Source: a virus
Taxonomy: Duplodnaviria > Caudoviricetes
IMG/VR virus record: IMGVR_UViG_3300049164_000142
Coordinates: 1-41,317 of that record
Strand: one strand, 5' to 3'
Length of the DNA: 41,317 nt
A program made the position numbers and the translations under genes. The notes under the pieces are model-generated. The model was not told where the DNA came from. It did not search any database and was given only the letters and a program-made list of their open reading frames with translations. How positions within the stretch are numbered: the first letter of the stretch is position 1; each line of letters begins with the position of its first letter. Below, piece after piece: positions 27,476-35,728 of the stretch.

Positions 27476-27535
27476 TGGCCACATAGGGCGGCATGGGGCC
27501 CCCTGTAGCGGCATGGGGCGGCCTATAGCGGATGC
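27476..27535. repeat. Imperfect 10-bp tandem array upstream of gntR
   Basis: tggccacata gggcggcatg gggccccctg tagcggcatg gggcggccta tagcggatgc. Confidence 0.6.
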
Positions 27536-27657
27536 TAGTGTTCCGGTGCGTGATCCAGCAGGTCGCGCCCCTGATGCCCGCCCCGGGGAAGGTCCGGAAG
27601 CCTCCCTGGGGCGGGTCTGCTGCTTACTGTGGGCGGGGGGCAACCCCGGAAACGCCT

Positions 27658-27698
27658 GAAGCCCCGCTCGGCTGGATTTCTCCATCGAGCGGGGCTTC
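27658..27698. terminator. Stem-loop upstream of the integrase
   Basis: GAAGCCCCGCTCG / CGAGCGGGGCTTC, 13-bp perfect stem. Confidence 0.6.
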
Positions 27699-27707
27699 TC
27701 TGCTGTC

Positions 27708-27784
27708 GGGCGTTCGCGATGTACGGTCCCTCATACATTTTTCATCCGAAAGGTGCACGCAGAGCCGTACGTCACGCTACGCTC
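27708..27784. other. Candidate attP
   Basis: Imperfect inverted repeat GCGATGTACGG / CCGTACGTCAC around an AT-richer core, directly 5' of the serine integrase. Confidence 0.4.
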
Positions 27785-27790
27785 ATTCCT

Positions 27791-29296
27791 ATGCCAATTG
27801 ACCCCTCCTACCTGCACCTTGTGCATCCCGACGTCGTCTGGGACTGCTTCCTCTACGGCCGTAACTCGGTTGACCCGAAGAAGAAGGGGCGCAGCGTCGG
27901 CGATCAGCTGGACAGCGGTCAGGAACTCGCTGACAAGTACGGCTGGCCGGTGAAGGGCGTCTTCAAGGACACCGGGCTCTCAGCCAGCCGCCACGCCCGC
28001 AAGAAGCGTGACGACTTCGAGGACATGCTGGCACGGATCGAGGCCCGAGAAGCACGGATCGTCGTCGCCTGGGAGGCGTCTCGGTACTACCGCGACTTGG
28101 AGGTCTATGTGCGGCTGCGCAACGCCTGCTACGGCGCCGGCGTGCTGCTCTGCTACAACGGCACGCTCTACGACCTCTCGAAGCGCGAGGACCGGAAGGC
28201 GACGGCGATGGACGCCGTCGGTGCAGAGGACGAACTCGAGGGCATCCGCGACCGCAATCTGCGCACCACCCGCAAGTGGGCGTCGAAGGGCGCACCGCAC
28301 GGCCCGACCCCGTACGGCTACCGGCGGAACTATGACCCGGACACCGGCGACCTCGTCGACCAAGTCGCCGACCGCGATCAGGCGAAGAGGGTCGTGAAGA
28401 TGTTCGAGGCGGTGAAGGCCGGCAAAGCCCTGCGGAGCATCGCCAGGGAGATGAATGAGGCCGGTGAGGTCACGCGGCTCGGCAAGCCCTGGGTGGCGCG
28501 CAGCGTGTACATGGTGCTCCGCAACAAGGCGTACATCGGCATCCGGTCCCACAACGGAGTGGAACACAAGGGCACCTGGAAGGGGCTCGTGCAGCCCAAG
28601 CTCTTCAACGAGGTGCAGGCCATCCTTGATGGCCGGCTCAAGGGGCCAGGGGCCTCCACGGCGGTCAAGCACCTCCTGTCCGGGATAGCGATCTGCGGCT
28701 ACCACGAGGGGGCGGAGCAGCGGGACTTGTACGCCCTTCGGAAGACGACGACTGCCCGCGGCCGCTGGATCTATCGGTGCAAGAGCCTCGACATGTCGGT
28801 CAATGCGGAGCTGTTCGAGGCGTTCGTGGAAGAGTCCGTCGTCACCTGGCTGGCGACGAAGGAGGCGCGGGCGGCCTTCCGTAAGCCGACGGACGGCAAT
28901 GCCGCAAAGAAGGCCCGGGCCAGACTGACGGCGATCGAGCGCCAGCTGGAAGAGGCCCGGCAGCTCGCAAAGACCTTCGACGACGACGGCAACCCGGGCA
29001 TGTCGGCTGCATCCTTGGGATCGCTCGAGAAGGACCTCCGCCCTCTTCAGCAGAAGGCGGAGGCCGAACTCAAGAGGGCGGAGGCGACGATCCCGCCGAT
29101 CCTTCAGGACCTCTTGGGGAACCCGCTCGCCGACGAGGTGTGGGACAAGCTGGACGTGCACCAGAGGCGGTTCGTGCTGAACCAGGTCGTGACCGTCCGC
29201 CTGTTCAAGGCCAGGGCGCCCGGCGTGAAGCGGATCGAGCCGGGCCGGGTCACCCTGTCCTACTACGGCCAACCTGGGTTCGTGCCACCTCGCTAG
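27791..29296 (+). CDS. int: Large serine recombinase (phage integrase)
   Basis: Catalytic YGRNS, DTGLSASR, EASRYYR, PYGY recombinase domain, LLSGIAICG...YRC, coiled coil. Confidence 0.93.
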   Translation: MPIDPSYLHLVHPDVVWDCFLYGRNSVDPKKKGRSVGDQLDSGQELADKYGWPVKGVFKDTGLSASRHARKKRDDFEDMLARIEAREARIVVAWEASRYYRDLEVYVRLRNACYGAGVLLCYNGTLYDLSKREDRKATAMDAVGAEDELEGIRDRNLRTTRKWASKGAPHGPTPYGYRRNYDPDTGDLVDQVADRDQAKRVVKMFEAVKAGKALRSIAREMNEAGEVTRLGKPWVARSVYMVLRNKAYIGIRSHNGVEHKGTWKGLVQPKLFNEVQAILDGRLKGPGASTAVKHLLSGIAICGYHEGAEQRDLYALRKTTTARGRWIYRCKSLDMSVNAELFEAFVEESVVTWLATKEARAAFRKPTDGNAAKKARARLTAIERQLEEARQLAKTFDDDGNPGMSAASLGSLEKDLRPLQQKAEAELKRAEATIPPILQDLLGNPLADEVWDKLDVHQRRFVLNQVVTVRLFKARAPGVKRIEPGRVTLSYYGQPGFVPPR

Positions 29297-30051
29297 CGGA
29301 GCGCCGGGAGGCAGAGGTCGAGCATGAGGAGCGGCCGGAGGGTGGTTCCCAAGCACGAGCTGCTACTCGGCTCGGTCGACGGAAGTGCCGGCGAAGGACT
29401 GAGCGTCGGTCCCGGCGGGGCGGACGGTGTCCCCAGTGTCCTGGTCGTGGCAGGAGCCGACGGCGTTGTGCTGCCCGCCGGTAAGCTCGCCTGTCCGTCA
29501 GGCGTCGGTGAAGGCGCAGGGATCACCGTCCTCACGGCGATCCGGTGACGCGTCGCGGCGGCCTCGCTGACGGGCCCTCCGCCTGACCTGACGCTCGGTG
29601 TGTTGCTGGGCGCAGGCGGCCTTGCGGACAGCGTCCAGTCGGCGGTCGGCCTGGCCGTCGGTGACGGAGGCCGATGCGGTTCCCCGGCTCTCTCTCGTGC
29701 TCCTGGGGCGAGGATCAGGAGAGTGGCGATGGCGGCGATGAGGACTGCCGCGCCGGTGCTGGCGAGGGCGGTGGCCGGGTGAGCACGTATCTCGCGGCCG
29801 AAGGTAAGGACTGCAGCGGCGGCACCGCCGATGTACAGGTCCAAGTGGCGTTTACGCCTGACCGGCCGGTCAGGTACATGCGGTTCTGAAGAATCGTTTG
29901 GGCGCGCGCCGATGGCGCGGAGCATTCGGTCGGTGTCGCGATCTACGCGGAGCAGTGTGAGCTGCCAGCTGATGGAACGAAGCTGCCGGAAGAGCAGGTA
30001 CACACCCAGTGCCAACGCGCAGATCAGACCCGCGAGAAGGACGTTCAGCAT
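29293..30051 (-). CDS. Membrane protein with Pro/Ser/Thr-rich region
   Basis: Two to three hydrophobic helices, PST linker, terminal CLGTTLRPLLMLDLCL; stop overlaps the int stop (CTAG). Confidence 0.65.
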   Translation of the reverse strand: MLNVLLAGLICALALGVYLLFRQLRSISWQLTLLRVDRDTDRMLRAIGARPNDSSEPHVPDRPVRRKRHLDLYIGGAAAAVLTFGREIRAHPATALASTGAAVLIAAIATLLILAPGARERAGEPHRPPSPTARPTADWTLSARPPAPSNTPSVRSGGGPVSEAAATRHRIAVRTVIPAPSPTPDGQASLPAGSTTPSAPATTRTLGTPSAPPGPTLSPSPALPSTEPSSSSCLGTTLRPLLMLDLCLPALR

Positions 30052-30182
30052 CCTCAACCCCCCACAGGCTGTCTGAATTTGCACTGTGCATGGATGGCAA
30101 CAATGCGCCCGTTTGAGATCGATTTCACTGGCATATGCAGCGACCGTTACTGAACCGTGACCAAGCTTAGGGTAGGGGTTGA

Positions 30183-30677
30183 CTACCCGTGACCTGCGAC
30201 CTTGCGGACCTCCGGCGGGTCCTCTTGGGTTGCCTGCTGTTCGAGCTCCTGTACCAGAGTGCGAAGCACGAGCGCCTTCTCTCGCTTCGACCGCGGACGC
30301 TCATCGAGGATGTTGAGGATCGCCTTCCGCTGCCAGTCCTCGAGCCCGGCGAGCGGGTCGGGCATGTGGGCCGGCTCCGGTTCCGCGTCAGCGCTCTCGA
30401 TCTCTCTGAGGATCGCAGCCGCCTCCGGGCGCCCGGCAGTCGCAAGGCGTTCGGACGTCACGCCGACGGCGTGTGCCATGTGGGCGAGGGTGGGGTCCTT
30501 GGCGATGACTGGTTGGTCGGAGTCTGCCCGCCGGCCGGCCTCGATCTGCCGCCACCGGCTGCCGCTGAAGCGGATCGCCATCCTGGCCGCGGCTTTCTCC
30601 GGGCTGAGTCCCGCGGCTTCACGTGCGAGGCGGATGAGGGACGCCTCCGCCGGTGGGGGCGTCGCCGGTGTGGTCAT
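30183..30677 (-). CDS. Immunity repressor candidate (XRE-like HTH)
   Basis: IRLAREAAGLSPEKAA...SGSRWRQIEAG...TLAHMAHAVGV; divergent from the Cro-like gene. Confidence 0.8.
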   Translation of the reverse strand: MTTPATPPPAEASLIRLAREAAGLSPEKAAARMAIRFSGSRWRQIEAGRRADSDQPVIAKDPTLAHMAHAVGVTSERLATAGRPEAAAILREIESADAEPEPAHMPDPLAGLEDWQRKAILNILDERPRSKREKALVLRTLVQELEQQATQEDPPEVRKVAGHG

Positions 30678-30779
30678 GACCGTCCTTCCCCTGTGCGTCG
30701 CTGTATTGGACTTTCTTGAACTGTAGCGAACTGTCGCAGGTCAAGGGCCAGGGGACCGCACACAACCTCCACATCCGGA

Positions 30780-30801
30780 TGCGAACTTGTACAAGCTCGC
30801 A
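30780..30801. promoter_or_regulatory. Operator-like palindrome in the genetic switch
   Basis: TGCGAACTTGTACAAGCTCGCA, one mismatch. Confidence 0.65.
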
Positions 30802-30842
30802 CGCGCAGTCAAAAAAAGTGAGAGTTACTTCTTGGTACTGGC

Positions 30843-30871
30843 TTGTACTGTGCGACTTTGGCTCGTACTGT
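30843..30871 (+). promoter_or_regulatory. Sigma70-type early promoter giving a leaderless cro transcript
   Basis: TTGTAC-N17-TACTGT, 7 nt before ATG 30879. Confidence 0.7.
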
Positions 30872-30878
30872 CGTATAC

Positions 30879-31115
30879 ATGAAACCCCGGATAGACCCCA
30901 CGGCGCTGACGCGTAGGCGAGTCTTGGCGGGACTGAACCAGAGCGACCTCGCAGAACGAGCCGGCATCAGCAAGTCGCACGTCTCGATGGTCGAGAACGG
31001 CCAGTCCGGCCTTTCGGCCCGTGCTCTCGGTCAGGTCGCCAGAGCACTTGGCTGCGACATCGCGGATCTCCTGCTTGACGAAGAGCCGGCCGCCAGCGCT
31101 GGAAGCCCCGCCTGA
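30879..31115 (+). CDS. Cro-like XRE regulator
   Basis: GLNQSDLAERAGISKSHVSMVENG; first gene of the early operon. Confidence 0.88.
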   Translation: MKPRIDPTALTRRRVLAGLNQSDLAERAGISKSHVSMVENGQSGLSARALGQVARALGCDIADLLLDEEPAASAGSPA

Positions 31116-31300
31116 TGACCAGGGAAGAGCGCAGCCGCATCCTCAGCCCTGCCGAGATCGCCGACGCCCGCCGACAGGCCACCCAGGCCGTCGCCGAGGT
31201 CGGCATCCCCAGCGAGCTGATCGAACGCCTGCGGCCGGTCCTGGCCCCCGTCGCCGAACGCCTGGCAGACACCTCACCCCAACACGAGATGGCGGCCTGA
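31115..31300 (+). CDS. Hypothetical protein
   Basis: TGATG coupling on both sides. Confidence 0.7.
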   Translation: MTREERSRILSPAEIADARRQATQAVAEVGIPSELIERLRPVLAPVAERLADTSPQHEMAA

Positions 31301-31401
31301 TGTTCGCCTGCGCCTGGCTCTGCCCGACGTGCCGGCACCGCAATCCGGTGTGGCGGATGGTCTGCCGCCGCTGCCGTACCGAACGGCCTCTCGGGGCCTG
31401 A
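31300..31401 (+). CDS. 33-aa RanBP2-type zinc-finger microprotein
   Basis: WLCPTCRHRNPVWRMVCRRC matches W-x-C-x2-C-x3-N-x6-C-x2-C; TGATG coupling. Confidence 0.7.
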   Translation: MFACAWLCPTCRHRNPVWRMVCRRCRTERPLGA

Positions 31402-31472
31402 CAGATGAAAGGGCCCGCCGGACGCCCCCGGCGGACCCGGCCCACTGAGCTACCAGCGAGGAAGTGGACCCT

Positions 31473-31784
31473 ATGGAGTCCAGCATCCCACAGCCGCCCA
31501 AACCGGGGCCGCTGACCGACGACTACCTGCGCGCCGTGCAGGCCCGGGTCGTCGACACGCGGCACGGCCCCTGGGACGTGGTGCTCGCCGACGACGGTCA
31601 GCCGGTCGGATTCGGCCCGTTCTCCTGGGTGGAGGAGTGGCACCCGGACGAGCTGATACCCGCGGTCGAGTTCTGCCGCCACGCCCGCACCGACGTGCCC
31701 GCCCTCCTGGGCGAGATCGCCCGCCTCAAGACCCAGCTGCGCCTGCTCGACCCGCGCACCGTTCCGGTCGGGAGGCGCGTGTGA
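31473..31784 (+). CDS. Ead/Ea22-like phage protein
   Basis: GPW...EFCRHARTDVPALLGEIARL pattern; GAGG RBS. Confidence 0.6.
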   Translation: MESSIPQPPKPGPLTDDYLRAVQARVVDTRHGPWDVVLADDGQPVGFGPFSWVEEWHPDELIPAVEFCRHARTDVPALLGEIARLKTQLRLLDPRTVPVGRRV

Positions 31785-32194
31785 ACCTCCAACTCGGCAC
31801 CGAGCCCCACCCGCTGAGCGCCACCCGGCTCGCAGCGATCCGGGACGTCGCAGCCCGCGACACCTCCAGCCCGAGGGCGCGGGCCATGCGCGACCTGCTG
31901 GCGGAGGTTGACCGGCTGCGATCCGCTCCGGCGCCCTGCACGGCCCCCCGCCAACTCCCGCCGCCCACGTGCCCGCTGCGCCGCTCGGAGATTCCGATCC
32001 TCGTCGGCATGGCGCGCGGCGAGACCGTCTACGCCACCGCCCGCCGACTCGGGCTGGCCTCCGGCACCGTGCGGCAGCACCGGCACCGGATCAACAAGGT
32101 CGTCGGCTCGGTCAACACCGCCAACGCCGTCGCCCTCGCATTCGCTCGCGGCTGGCTCACCCGCAGCGACCTGTACCCGGAAGGGGACCACTGA
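31781..32194 (+). CDS. LuxR-type C-terminal HTH regulator
   Basis: LRRSEIPILVGMARG...ARRLGLASGTVRQHRHRINK...AVALAFARGWL. Confidence 0.8.
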   Translation: MNLQLGTEPHPLSATRLAAIRDVAARDTSSPRARAMRDLLAEVDRLRSAPAPCTAPRQLPPPTCPLRRSEIPILVGMARGETVYATARRLGLASGTVRQHRHRINKVVGSVNTANAVALAFARGWLTRSDLYPEGDH

Positions 32195-32544
32195 TGACCG
32201 ACCGACCCGACTACCGGGGCGTCGTTGACACCTCGGACGAGATGACGGCCGAACTCGCCGTGTTGGCCAAGCTCCTGCCGCTCGGTACCCGCATTCGCCA
32301 CCGCTCCGGCCGCGTGGGCACCGTCGTCATCGACCAGCCGCCGCACGTTCCCGGCATGTTCGACGGACGCCCCACGGCCTGGTGCTTCGCCAACGAGCAC
32401 TCGGACGAGGCGCTGGTGTGCGCCTCGTGGGACAACGATCGCGGCTTCGACCGCTGGATCTGCTGGACCTCGATCAACAGCGTCCAGAGGGTCAAGGGCG
32501 GCACGCGCTTCAACCGGCCCGCCGCGAAGGCAGGTGCCCGGTGA
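32194..32544 (+). CDS. Hypothetical protein
   Basis: TGATG coupling; high GC3. Confidence 0.7.
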   Translation: MTDRPDYRGVVDTSDEMTAELAVLAKLLPLGTRIRHRSGRVGTVVIDQPPHVPGMFDGRPTAWCFANEHSDEALVCASWDNDRGFDRWICWTSINSVQRVKGGTRFNRPAAKAGAR

Positions 32545-33005
32545 AGTACGCCGTCATCGACGCCACCTACGGCGGCCTCTCCCTCCGCGACGACGAACCC
32601 GACTGGGACACGCTGGTCGGCCCGCAGGGCAAGGACTGGGTCATCCTGCCGCCGTCGCTGAACGCCGCCGGCTGGGTCAACGGCTGCGGCCACCTCGACC
32701 CCGTCCTGCCCCGCAACATCGTCGGCTCCTGCCTGCTATACGCGATGGGCGCCAGGTTCCAGCCGCAGGCCGGGCCGGTCGTCATCACCGGCTGGGAGTG
32801 GGGCCGCGAGCCGAACGAGATCTGCTCCCTCACGCTGCCCGACTACTCGCTGCCCAGCCTGCACCGGCAGGTGCGTGAAGCGATCGACGGCCGTCACCGG
32901 CCGCGCTCACTCGATGAGCGCCGGTGGGGCGAGGAAATCCGTGAGGCAGCCTTCCGCGCCCGCTACGCCGCCCGGCCGCGCCTGACCGTGAGCGGAGGCG
33001 TGTGA
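32541..33005 (+). CDS. Hypothetical protein (DUF3846-like pattern)
   Basis: WVNGCG...LPRNIVGS...GPVVITG; GTGA overlap. Confidence 0.6.
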   Translation: MKYAVIDATYGGLSLRDDEPDWDTLVGPQGKDWVILPPSLNAAGWVNGCGHLDPVLPRNIVGSCLLYAMGARFQPQAGPVVITGWEWGREPNEICSLTLPDYSLPSLHRQVREAIDGRHRPRSLDERRWGEEIREAAFRARYAARPRLTVSGGV

Positions 33006-33196
33006 TGCCGATCCAGCCCATGACGGACTCCGAGCGCGTCCTCGGACAGATTGAGCGCGGCGAGATCCGCGCCGGTGCCGACGCCGCGCGCGAGGTTGCT
33101 GCCCGCCACCAGGCCGCCTACGGCGACGCCGTATGGCCGTCGTTCGACGACGTCCTCACGTCGGTCCTCGAGGAGAAGAAGGCGAGCTCGTCGTGA
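33005..33196 (+). CDS. Hypothetical protein
   Basis: GGAGG RBS; TGATG coupling. Confidence 0.65.
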   Translation: MPIQPMTDSERVLGQIERGEIRAGADAAREVAARHQAAYGDAVWPSFDDVLTSVLEEKKASSS

Positions 33197-34461
33197 AGCC
33201 AACCCGTCCGGCGTCAACGTCGTCTGCCGCCGGTGGACAAGGGCCCGCCGCAGAGGCCAAGGCGGGGGAGGAGCGTCGCTCCGCTGCTCCCGTGACCCCG
33301 CCTGCGCCGGGCGGGTTCCCGACCACCCGCCCGGAGTCAACGTCACCCGCCGCCGGTCTCCACGGGCCGGCCGCGGGAGCGAAGGCAGGAGAGGAGTCCT
33401 CCCGTTCCATGCGGACCCCCGAGACCCTGCCTGCTCCGGGCGGGCTCCCCACCGCCCGCGTGGTCCTGCCCGCTGACGCGCCGGAGGACGACTGGCACTC
33501 CGTGCGCCGCAGCGGGATCGGCGGCAGCGACGTCGCCGCGATCCTCGGCATGCACCGCTGGAAGGGGCCGCTGCACGTGTGGGAGGAGAAACACGGCCGC
33601 GGCGACCACTCCGACAGCGAGGCCGCCTACTGCGGGCGGAAGTTCGAGGGCGTCATCGCGGAGATGTTCTCCGAGCGCACGGGCCTCGAGATCGCGCCGT
33701 CGCCCGGCACGCTTCAGCACCTCGACCGGCCGTGGATGCTCGCCAACATCGACCGCCTGGTCCTCGAGCGCACCCCGGCCCCCGACCCGACCGTCGTGCC
33801 GCTCGAGGTGAAGAACCGCAGCGAGTACCAGGCGCGCCAGTGGGAGGACGACGTCCCGGATGAGCCCGCCCTGCAAGCCCACTGGTACACGGCGGTCACC
33901 GGGGCGAGCCACGCGTACGTCACCGCCCTCATCGGCGGCAACCGGCTGCGCTGGTTCCGGCTCGAGCGCGACGAAGAACTGATCGCGCATCTGTCGACGT
34001 ACTGCCGGGACTGGTGGCTCCAGCACGTCGTCGAAGGCACCCCGCCCCCGCCGGACGGGTCGAAGGCCACGACCGAGCTGCTGGCACACCTCTTCGACGT
34101 ACGCGAGGGAGCGACCACCGAAGTCGACCCGGTGGAGCACATGATCCTGCGCGAGCGCCGCCGTGAGCTGAAGGCACGCATCGAGGCCGACGGCGAAGAG
34201 CTCGCCGAAGTCGAGAACCAGCTGCGCGCCGCGCTGGGCGCGACAGAGGTCGCCACCATTGGCGGCCGGCCCGTCTACACGTGGCGGCAGAACGGCAACT
34301 TTGCCGTCGCCCGGTTCCGCGACGCGGAGCCCGAACTCGCCGCGCAGTACGTCCGCATGGTTCCGGCCGTCGACACCGAGCGTCTGGCCGCCGACCACCC
34401 CGAGATCTACCGCAGCTACCGAGCACGCCGCCTGATCGTGCCCTCGGAAGGAACATCATGA
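33193..34461 (+). CDS. yqaJ: YqaJ / lambda-Exo-like recombination exonuclease (start uncertain: GTG 33193 or ATG 33409)
   Basis: WHSVRRSGIGGSDVAAILG, WMLANIDR, LEVKN, QAHWY, ALIGGN. Confidence 0.9.
   Translation: MKPTRPASTSSAAGGQGPAAEAKAGEERRSAAPVTPPAPGGFPTTRPESTSPAAGLHGPAAGAKAGEESSRSMRTPETLPAPGGLPTARVVLPADAPEDDWHSVRRSGIGGSDVAAILGMHRWKGPLHVWEEKHGRGDHSDSEAAYCGRKFEGVIAEMFSERTGLEIAPSPGTLQHLDRPWMLANIDRLVLERTPAPDPTVVPLEVKNRSEYQARQWEDDVPDEPALQAHWYTAVTGASHAYVTALIGGNRLRWFRLERDEELIAHLSTYCRDWWLQHVVEGTPPPPDGSKATTELLAHLFDVREGATTEVDPVEHMILRERRRELKARIEADGEELAEVENQLRAALGATEVATIGGRPVYTWRQNGNFAVARFRDAEPELAAQYVRMVPAVDTERLAADHPEIYRSYRARRLIVPSEGTS
33202..33453 (+). repeat. Tandem 123/129-nt structured repeat, in frame with yqaJ
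   Basis: Two aligned units, each folding into three stems with compensatory substitutions between copies. Confidence 0.85.
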
Positions 34462-35372
34462 GCAACCTGAAGGCCCGCGTGCAGGAGGCCACCGCGGCTG
34501 TCCCGCAGCAGCCGGAGCCGTCCACCGACCTGGCCGAGCAGAACCCCACGCTCAAGTGGCTCGAGCGGCGCAGCAGCCTCATCGCCCGCGCCCTGCCCAA
34601 GCACATCGACGAGAGCCACTTCATCGAGGCCGCGCTCACGTCCATGGACAAGCTACGGAACTGCCACACCGACACCATCTACACGGCGCTTATGGCGTGC
34701 GCCCGGTTCGGCCTCGCACCGGACGGAGTACGGGCGGCGATCGTCCCCTTCGGGAAGACGGCCACGTTCGTGCCCATGTACCAGGGGCTGCTGGACGTGA
34801 TGCACCGCTCCGGCCAGGTGCAGTCCGTACGCGTCGACTTCATCCGCGAGCAGGACGTGTGGGACTACACGCCCACCGCGCCGACGCCTGGCGACTTCTA
34901 CCACCGGCCCCGCGTGGAGCTCCCGAAGGAGCAGCGCGGCGAGGTGATCCTCGCCTACGCCTACGCGTGGATGACGGGCGGCGGCCGCTCGCAGGTGGTC
35001 CTCCTGAACCGGCAGGACGCCATCGAGATCCGCGACCTGTACTCGAAGGCCTACGCGTACGCGGAGAGCACCGGCAAGCGCGACTCCGCCTGGCACACGC
35101 ACTTCGACCAGCAGTGGGGCAAATCCTGCGTCCGCCGCCTCGCGAAGCTCGTGCCCACCTCGCCCGAGGTGATCGACCTGCTGAAGGCCGACGTCGACGC
35201 CGACGAAGGCCGGCCGCCGCACATCATCCGCGCCGTCGCGCTCGACACCCAAGACGAGCAGGACGGCCAGGACGCGGAGCACCACCAGGCCCCGGAGACG
35301 ACGTCGTGGCCCGACGCTGCGAAGCCCGGCTCCGGCCGCCCGACGCAGACGGACGGAGGCGAGGAGCAGTGA
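34458..35372 (+). CDS. recT: RecT-family single-strand annealing protein
   Basis: ALPKHI, GLAPDG, IVPFG, YQGLLDVMHRSGQV, SAWHTHFDQQWGKSCVRRLAKLVP. Confidence 0.92.
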   Translation: MSNLKARVQEATAAVPQQPEPSTDLAEQNPTLKWLERRSSLIARALPKHIDESHFIEAALTSMDKLRNCHTDTIYTALMACARFGLAPDGVRAAIVPFGKTATFVPMYQGLLDVMHRSGQVQSVRVDFIREQDVWDYTPTAPTPGDFYHRPRVELPKEQRGEVILAYAYAWMTGGGRSQVVLLNRQDAIEIRDLYSKAYAYAESTGKRDSAWHTHFDQQWGKSCVRRLAKLVPTSPEVIDLLKADVDADEGRPPHIIRAVALDTQDEQDGQDAEHHQAPETTSWPDAAKPGSGRPTQTDGGEEQ

Positions 35373-35728
35373 GCCGCGACCAGGAAGAACATCTCCTGCG
35401 CCACCTCGCGGCTCACGGCATTCGTGGAGTGCGCGAGGCCCAGTGGACGCCCGAGATAGCCCTGGACCACGTGCGAGAGCAGCGCGCCCGGTACGCCGGA
35501 ACACCGCGCGTGGAGAAGCTCGGACAGGCCGGACGCGACCTGGTCGAGCATCTGGCTGGGCGGACCAGCCTGCCGCCCGGCGACGTCGCGATGGTGCTGC
35601 TGGTCGCCGGGGCGTACGCGGCGTCGATCGGCCTGCTGGGCGGTGCGTCCGGCACGGAGGTCGGCGAGATCATGCAGTGCGCCGCCGACGACCTGGACCA
35701 GCAGGCAAAGGCCGGTGAGCAGCCGTGA
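35369..35728 (+). CDS. Hypothetical protein
   Basis: GAGGAG RBS; GTGA overlaps on both ends. Confidence 0.7.
   Translation: MSRDQEEHLLRHLAAHGIRGVREAQWTPEIALDHVREQRARYAGTPRVEKLGQAGRDLVEHLAGRTSLPPGDVAMVLLVAGAYAASIGLLGGASGTEVGEIMQCAADDLDQQAKAGEQP

Noticed and set aside
33202-33453. Tandem structure as a hammerhead ribozyme or glycine riboswitch
   Set aside because: No CUGANGA/GAAA core on either strand and no glycine-aptamer consensus; kept as an unknown motif.
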